Shown: positions 59,337-64,000 of the stretch, piece by piece | How the letters are laid out: each line of letters begins with the position of its first letter | How positions within the stretch are numbered: the first letter of the stretch is position 1 | From: an uncultured Gammaproteobacteria bacterium | GTDB lineage: Bacteria; Patescibacteriota; Microgenomatia; Levybacterales; GWA1-39-11 | Reading direction: 5' to 3' | Length of the DNA: 64,000 nucleotides | NCBI GenBank assembly: GCA_964511305.1 | Contig: CAZEEU010000004.1 | Span: 4,093 to 68,092 of the forward strand | Translations under genes and position numbers: made by a program | The notes under the pieces: model-generated | What the model was told of the DNA's origin: nothing | Databases searched by the model: none | The model's input: the letters and a program-made list of their open reading frames with translations, nothing else

Positions 59337-60046
59337 TCAAGCATTTAGGTGAAAGAATTCTTCGCCACTTACAATACTAAAATCAGTAGCTGGAATTGTG
59401 CCGTCGATATACATATCGCTTAAATGTTCTGCCATGAAATCGTCACGAATTTCAAAGAGACTTCCTTCAAGGCTTAAATCGTCAATTTTTAGACTTGGTA
59501 CTCTCGATTTGAAATAATTAATGTCAGTGAGTAGTTGGTAAACATCGGGAAAGTTTTGTCGAAGGTGAGCAGCAAAATTGCCTGGGAGGAACCATTAACC
59601 ACCAGGAGAGCAGGTTTGTGGCGGGATTTAAATTCGACAATTCGTTGGTGAAGCGCGTCATAGGAAAGTGCCAAATCTCTTCGACTGTCTGGTATTATAT
59701 TGCGTCGATATTCATAAGGAAGAAGAGCTTCCTCTAAAAATTCAGGTCCATTAATTGCAAAATCTACTGCAGATGACACATCGTGAGAGATATGAACTCT
59801 TGGAGATGGTTGGTATTCAGCTTGAGGATTTCCACCCGTTACAACGCACACCTCTTTAAGTAACTCAAGGTCACTTTGGGTCCAAAAACGCAATTCTGGA
59901 TTTGAGCTTAGTCCATGCTTCATGATACTAGGAAGGAATTCCATCGATGTTCCATGGAAAAATGACATGGTTGCTATATGTTTTTCCCAAAATTGTTCTA
60001 TTTGTTGTTCTTCTGAAGCTCCATCAATAGAAATTGGTCGTTCCAT
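59337..60046 (-). pseudogene. frameshifted gene: 185-aa ORF (60046-59489) continues for ~80 more codons in another frame (59594-59337); function unknown
   Basis: Frame switch near 59585-59600 (..ALLVVNG / FLPGNFAAHLRQNFPDVYQLL..); the second frame looks more protein-like than the tail of the first. Confidence 0.4.
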
Positions 60047-60137
60047 GTGGTTATTATATATCTAGTTTTAAATCCGAAAGAAGTATGTCTAGTTTCAAGC
60101 TTGACCTTAATATAGTTATTTGAAATACTGAATTCCT

Positions 60138-60902
60138 ATGGAAATAATAGATCCTACTCTGCCCGCAGCCCCTATTCAAGCTCCTTCAGCATTTTCTCCG
60201 CAACAATCTCAAGGAAATCGGAAAAAATATATAGTCATAGGTATTGGGATTACAGTGCTTATGCTGGTTATAGGTATTGGAAGTTATTTTTTGGGGATGA
60301 AAAACAGCCAAGCTTTCATAGCCGTTACGCCACAGAGTGATGCTCCCCCAGTTGTCGACCCATTACCTAGTAAAGTTCCAACGCCCACTACAAATCCAAC
60401 AGCAGGCTGGAGGACTTATTTGAATAAAGACTGGAATCTGACGATTAAATATCCTCCTCATCTATTTGAAAACAAAGGGGATGCATTTGTTATATTTTCT
60501 TTCGAGCCTGAACCTACTCAAGGATGGGGAATGTTGGAACCAGGCAGCCAGATTAGAATTTTAAAAATGAGTCATTTTGAAAATCCTGGTCAAAAATTTG
60601 ATGCATTATTTAAAGCAACTGTCGGGGCGGATGTGAAAGAAGCACAAGAAGGGGTAGATATAAAAGTTACTAAAATAAAAAACACAAAAATTGGGAATTA
60701 TGATGCAGTGGAGTATATTCATGATGGTATCACCCCTCCTAAAACGGATGGAAGAGGACCTGTGGGCTATTCACACATCGTTCTAGTTAAAATTAACAAT
60801 GATACTTATATAGAAGTAAAAAACACTTCGTATGTGGTACAAACAACTGTTAACAATGATGTGATTTTTAATCAGATGATATCAACACTACAAATTAAAT
60901 AA
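60138..60902 (+). CDS. membrane-anchored extracellular hypothetical protein
   Basis: N-terminal TM (YIVIGIGITVLMLVIGIGSYFLG). Confidence 0.5.
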   Translation: MEIIDPTLPAAPIQAPSAFSPQQSQGNRKKYIVIGIGITVLMLVIGIGSYFLGMKNSQAFIAVTPQSDAPPVVDPLPSKVPTPTTNPTAGWRTYLNKDWNLTIKYPPHLFENKGDAFVIFSFEPEPTQGWGMLEPGSQIRILKMSHFENPGQKFDALFKATVGADVKEAQEGVDIKVTKIKNTKIGNYDAVEYIHDGITPPKTDGRGPVGYSHIVLVKINNDTYIEVKNTSYVVQTTVNNDVIFNQMISTLQIK

Positions 60903-60916
60903 TTCATCAGTCCTCA

Positions 60917-60955
60917 CTCTGCTGGGGAATTGGATCAAGCCCAGCAGAGTTTTTG
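60917..60955. terminator. bidirectional intrinsic terminator between convergent genes
   Basis: 10-bp stem CUCUGCUGGG/CCCAGCAGAG followed by U5; A-rich on the other side. Confidence 0.6.
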
Positions 60956-60988
60956 ACCTCAAAACGAAATTTTATTCAGCCTCAAAAT

Positions 60989-61711
60989 TTATATAACCCC
61001 AGAGAGACTCGGACTTGTTTGTTCAAACCGAGCTCCTCTATGTGGATTACGATTATCAGGAGTGGTTCTTGGGTTTGTATGAACAGAACCTTCAGAATAC
61101 ATATCTGCTATGCATATTAGTCCTTCATTTGTTAGTGAACCAGCAAGCCTTGAACGTGTCCATTCATCGACTGGCCTAGAGCTATGATCAAAGTGTTGAC
61201 CTATTAAATCCTTGCTTGCGTAAGAAGCTAAAATATAGGTAATCAATCTTTGACCTTGATAGCCATACTCTGCTTGAATTTTTGCAATTTCCTCTTCATT
61301 GGTTCCTAAATTTGGCGATGAAATTGTTGCTTCCACCTTTACCCACCCAGAATTAGGAATTGTATCTTGATAGTAGTATGGTGGGGTTACAACGCTAGAT
61401 AGTTTAGGGAAAATCTTTCCCAAAAAACTATAGCCATCTTCTTTTGTAAATTTTTTGCCTACATACACCATCATGCCCTCAATAGGATTCCCATGAATGT
61501 CGAACATTGGAGATTGAATTTCTCGTTCGTTCCATGTACATTGACTTACTCGAATATCCCTTCTAGCTTTTCTTCCCTCGAAATCCATTTTTGCTTTCCA
61601 GTAAGCAGTAACAGTCTCAGGAGTAGGAGGACCACTCTTATAATTTTCAATTACTTTTAGCAAATTTTCAGGATAGGGAATTTCTGACTGTCCTCCGCGC
61701 TCATTTCTCAT
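60989..61711 (-). CDS. hypothetical protein (240 aa)
   Basis: ORF only. Confidence 0.5.
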   Translation of the reverse strand: MRNERGGQSEIPYPENLLKVIENYKSGPPTPETVTAYWKAKMDFEGRKARRDIRVSQCTWNEREIQSPMFDIHGNPIEGMMVYVGKKFTKEDGYSFLGKIFPKLSSVVTPPYYYQDTIPNSGWVKVEATISSPNLGTNEEEIAKIQAEYGYQGQRLITYILASYASKDLIGQHFDHSSRPVDEWTRSRLAGSLTNEGLICIADMYSEGSVHTNPRTTPDNRNPHRGARFEQTSPSLSGVI

Positions 61712-61865
61712 GGAGGCAATTATAGCAGAAAGTTCAGTCCAAACTGGCTGTGTAAATAGTAGTTGCTGACATATTCGCTTAAGCCCTGCACCGTTTTTTA
61801 GGATCTCATATTTTTTTAAACTCCCCCTTGATTCCTATTCCTTACTTGATTTAGTATTTAGTTAA

Positions 61866-62579
61866 TTGAGCGAGGTACTTCAACTCATTGATGCCCGAGA
61901 AACTCTTGCACCGTCACAACGGATTTCTGATTTCCTGACTACTAATTTTTCTTTCGAAAACACCCCACACCCAAATTATCCAGAAGAAGTTCTTAATATG
62001 CTTGCAACACGTCCTGATAGACTGAATAACCCTAATTACGTAAACTTTTATCTTCGGGTTATGCAGATTGCTGCGGAATATGGATTTCCATCTGCCTCCG
62101 CACATTTAACAAAGCGGCTTCCTCGAGATCCGATGCATCCACTTACCCTTCTTGCTCTTGGGGGATATCTATCTGATGTAACTCTACAATCAACAATTCA
62201 ACGACAGGGAGCAGAGGATTATTGGAATAATCAAACAAAGGGACAATTAAGTCATGAGGAGCGGAGAAAAATTTGGGCGACTTGGATATCACCCTCAATG
62301 GGCACTGTAGAACTTCCTCAGCCAGTAGACTTTCTTGATCCAACACAAGTACGTCCTTGGGAGGCCAATCAAGGAACTAGACTAACCTATGGTCTACCGT
62401 TATATCAGCCAGATACAGAATTTCATTTCAGCCTAAGAGAAGTCGCCCCTAAAATGTCAGAAGTGGAATCAATGCAACGCGAAGGCTTTGATACAAAAAT
62501 GTTTGGAGTAGCAAGAACTTTTTATAGATATGGCATCAACACTCTACCCGTTTTTAATAACCCACAAGAATGGGCATGA
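61866..62579 (+). CDS. hypothetical protein (237 aa)
   Basis: ORF only. Confidence 0.5.
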   Translation: MSEVLQLIDARETLAPSQRISDFLTTNFSFENTPHPNYPEEVLNMLATRPDRLNNPNYVNFYLRVMQIAAEYGFPSASAHLTKRLPRDPMHPLTLLALGGYLSDVTLQSTIQRQGAEDYWNNQTKGQLSHEERRKIWATWISPSMGTVELPQPVDFLDPTQVRPWEANQGTRLTYGLPLYQPDTEFHFSLREVAPKMSEVESMQREGFDTKMFGVARTFYRYGINTLPVFNNPQEWA

Positions 62580-62600
62580 GCCTTTGATATAATTCCGTTA

Positions 62601-63236
62601 ATGAATGACCAAAAACAATTGTGGAATGTTGCACATAAGGATGGAGAACTAAATCACTACTCGACTACTCCTACGGAATTTGCAGACGAAGTTCTTAAGA
62701 TAATTTCACCCTCTTCAAAAATCCTAGAGCTTGGTTGTGGTGTTGGAAATGATTCCGCGGCATTTGCTGCAAGTGGCCATCAAATAATAGCCACAGATTT
62801 CTCAGACGTTGCCATAAGAAAAAACTTTGAAAGATTCAAAGACATCCCAAATCTTTCTTTTAAAATACTAGACATAAGTCAACCTTTTACACTTTCAGAT
62901 GATGAATTTGATGTCGTATATGCCCGACTTTCTCTTCATTATTTTGCAAACGAAGTTACAAGAAAAATTTTTAGAGAAATTCATAGAATTCTCAGGCCAA
63001 AGGGTTACCTATGCTTTATATGTAAATCCGTTGATGACCCACTATTTGGAAAAGGAACCGAAATCGAAAAAGATATGTATGAATTTGAAGATCATATACG
63101 CCACTTTTTTAACGAAGAATATGCAATGTCACTTTTGAGAAATAATTTCAAAATTCAAAAAATTGAAAGCGGTGATGATAAATTTTATGGCAGAAATTCC
63201 GCATACGTAAAAGTGATTGCACTAGCCGTAAAGTAA
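62601..63236 (+). CDS. class I SAM-dependent methyltransferase
   Basis: Motif I ILELGCGVGNDSAAFA and acidic motif II (IIATDF). Confidence 0.75.
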   Translation: MNDQKQLWNVAHKDGELNHYSTTPTEFADEVLKIISPSSKILELGCGVGNDSAAFAASGHQIIATDFSDVAIRKNFERFKDIPNLSFKILDISQPFTLSDDEFDVVYARLSLHYFANEVTRKIFREIHRILRPKGYLCFICKSVDDPLFGKGTEIEKDMYEFEDHIRHFFNEEYAMSLLRNNFKIQKIESGDDKFYGRNSAYVKVIALAVK

Positions 63237-63303
63237 ATATGTCCTAACACCAGGCATATCTCACGCATATATAAAGCTCTGATATAATCAGCTGACTCAA
63301 CTT

Positions 63304-64000
63304 ATGGAAATTTTAATTGTTATTGCCCTTATTTTACTCAACGGTATTTTTGCGATGGCAGAGATCGCCATTATATCCGCACGAAAGGCAAAGCTTCAAC
63401 AGCGTGCAAACGATGGTAACAAAAATGCACAAGCAGCCCTAGATATAGCAAAATCCCCTAATAGATTCTTATCAACAGTTCAAATAGGTATTACTCTTGT
63501 AGGTATATTTGCCGGAGCATTTGGAGGTGCAACTATTGCAGAAACTCTCTCAACACAATTACAATCTGTACCATTCATTGCACCATATAGTGAAACCGTT
63601 GCGCTTGTTTTAGTTGTATCGGTCATCACATATCTTTCACTTATTATTGGCGAGTTAGTGCCAAAAAGGTTAGGGTTGTCTAATCCTGAAAAGATTGCAA
63701 TGCTTGTTGCTCGGCCAATGAATAATCTTTCAAGGGTAAGTGCCCCAATTGTTTGGTTGCTAAGTATTTCATCCGATTGGACTCTGAAATTATTCGGCAT
63801 AAAGGATGTGGCACCCTCAACTATTACTGATGAAGAGATAAAAATTTTGCTTCGGGAAGGAGCCCAAGTTGGCGCATTTGAAAAGGTAGAAACCGATATT
63901 GTGGAGCGCACAATGAGGCTCTCGGATAAAAAGGCTAAGTCACTTATGACACCGAAAAAAGATATTATTTGGCTTGACATTGACAGCCCATTCAAAACCA
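63304..64000 (+). CDS. CNNM/CorC/HlyC-family (DUF21 + CBS) membrane protein, 3' end runs off the window. The minus-strand ORF 63480-63995 is an antisense artefact.
   Basis: MEILIVIALILLNGIFAMAEIAIISARKAKLQQ... is the canonical DUF21 N-terminus; CBS-like region begins near DIVERTMRL. Confidence 0.7.
   Translation, partial: MEILIVIALILLNGIFAMAEIAIISARKAKLQQRANDGNKNAQAALDIAKSPNRFLSTVQIGITLVGIFAGAFGGATIAETLSTQLQSVPFIAPYSETVALVLVVSVITYLSLIIGELVPKRLGLSNPEKIAMLVARPMNNLSRVSAPIVWLLSISSDWTLKLFGIKDVAPSTITDEEIKILLREGAQVGAFEKVETDIVERTMRLSDKKAKSLMTPKKDIIWLDIDSPFKT

Noticed and set aside
63480-63995. 171-aa minus-strand ORF
   Set aside because: Low-complexity antisense frame of the plus-strand DUF21/CBS (CorC/CNNM) gene that starts at 63304 and has a canonical conserved N-terminus.
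1-64000. Possibility that the genome uses an alternative genetic code with UGA reassigned (as in some CPR lineages)
   Set aside because: Numerous long, well-conserved ORFs (def, argS, PBP2, pgk, etc.) are intact under the standard code and several end in TGA-compatible contexts; only one in-frame TGA case (29305) was seen, reported separately as a local anomaly.

Overview
The window reads as an AT-rich (roughly mid-30s % GC by eye), gene-dense bacterial chromosome segment with CPR/Patescibacteria-like character. The recognisable core includes: def-fmt; rpmB; rplL-rplJ; a SulP transporter; dprA; mreC-mreD-mrdA (PBP2); signal peptidase I, sortase and a BdbC/BdbD pair; truB, ndk, argS, galU; secE-nusG-rplK-rplA; pgk and a class II aldolase; era, uppS, rnhB; tRNA-Arg(CCU) and tRNA-Trp(CCA). 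No transposase, integrase, phage gene or CRISPR array is visible. The main things that stand out are: (1) Two short, markedly GC-rich islands (about 20365-21460 and 47557-48060) that carry small genes with high-GC codon usage, their own Shine-Dalgarno sites, promoter or operator-like palindromes and very structured non-coding RNA segments. They look like foreign cassettes, or possibly assembly chimeras. (2) An accessory stretch (about 57-63 kb) with a standalone RelA/SpoT-domain (alarmone-synthetase-like, toxSAS-like) gene driven by a leaderless sigma70-type promoter, beside an APH-like kinase, a frameshifted convergent gene and a recurring about 30-bp intergenic repeat. (3) A candidate peptidoglycan side-chain or D-amino-acid modification locus: Asp/Glu racemase, M20 peptidase, FemAB-like GNAT and an uncharacterised 439-aa protein. 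(4) A block of large cytoplasmic proteins of unknown function at 32.7-41.4 kb. (5) tRNA loci flanked by partial tRNA copies and tandem hairpin repeats. (6) A dense palindrome array upstream of secE. (7) A terminator-type attenuator in a roughly 100-nt rplJ leader. All product assignments rest on motif recognition from the translated ORFs; no database search was possible.
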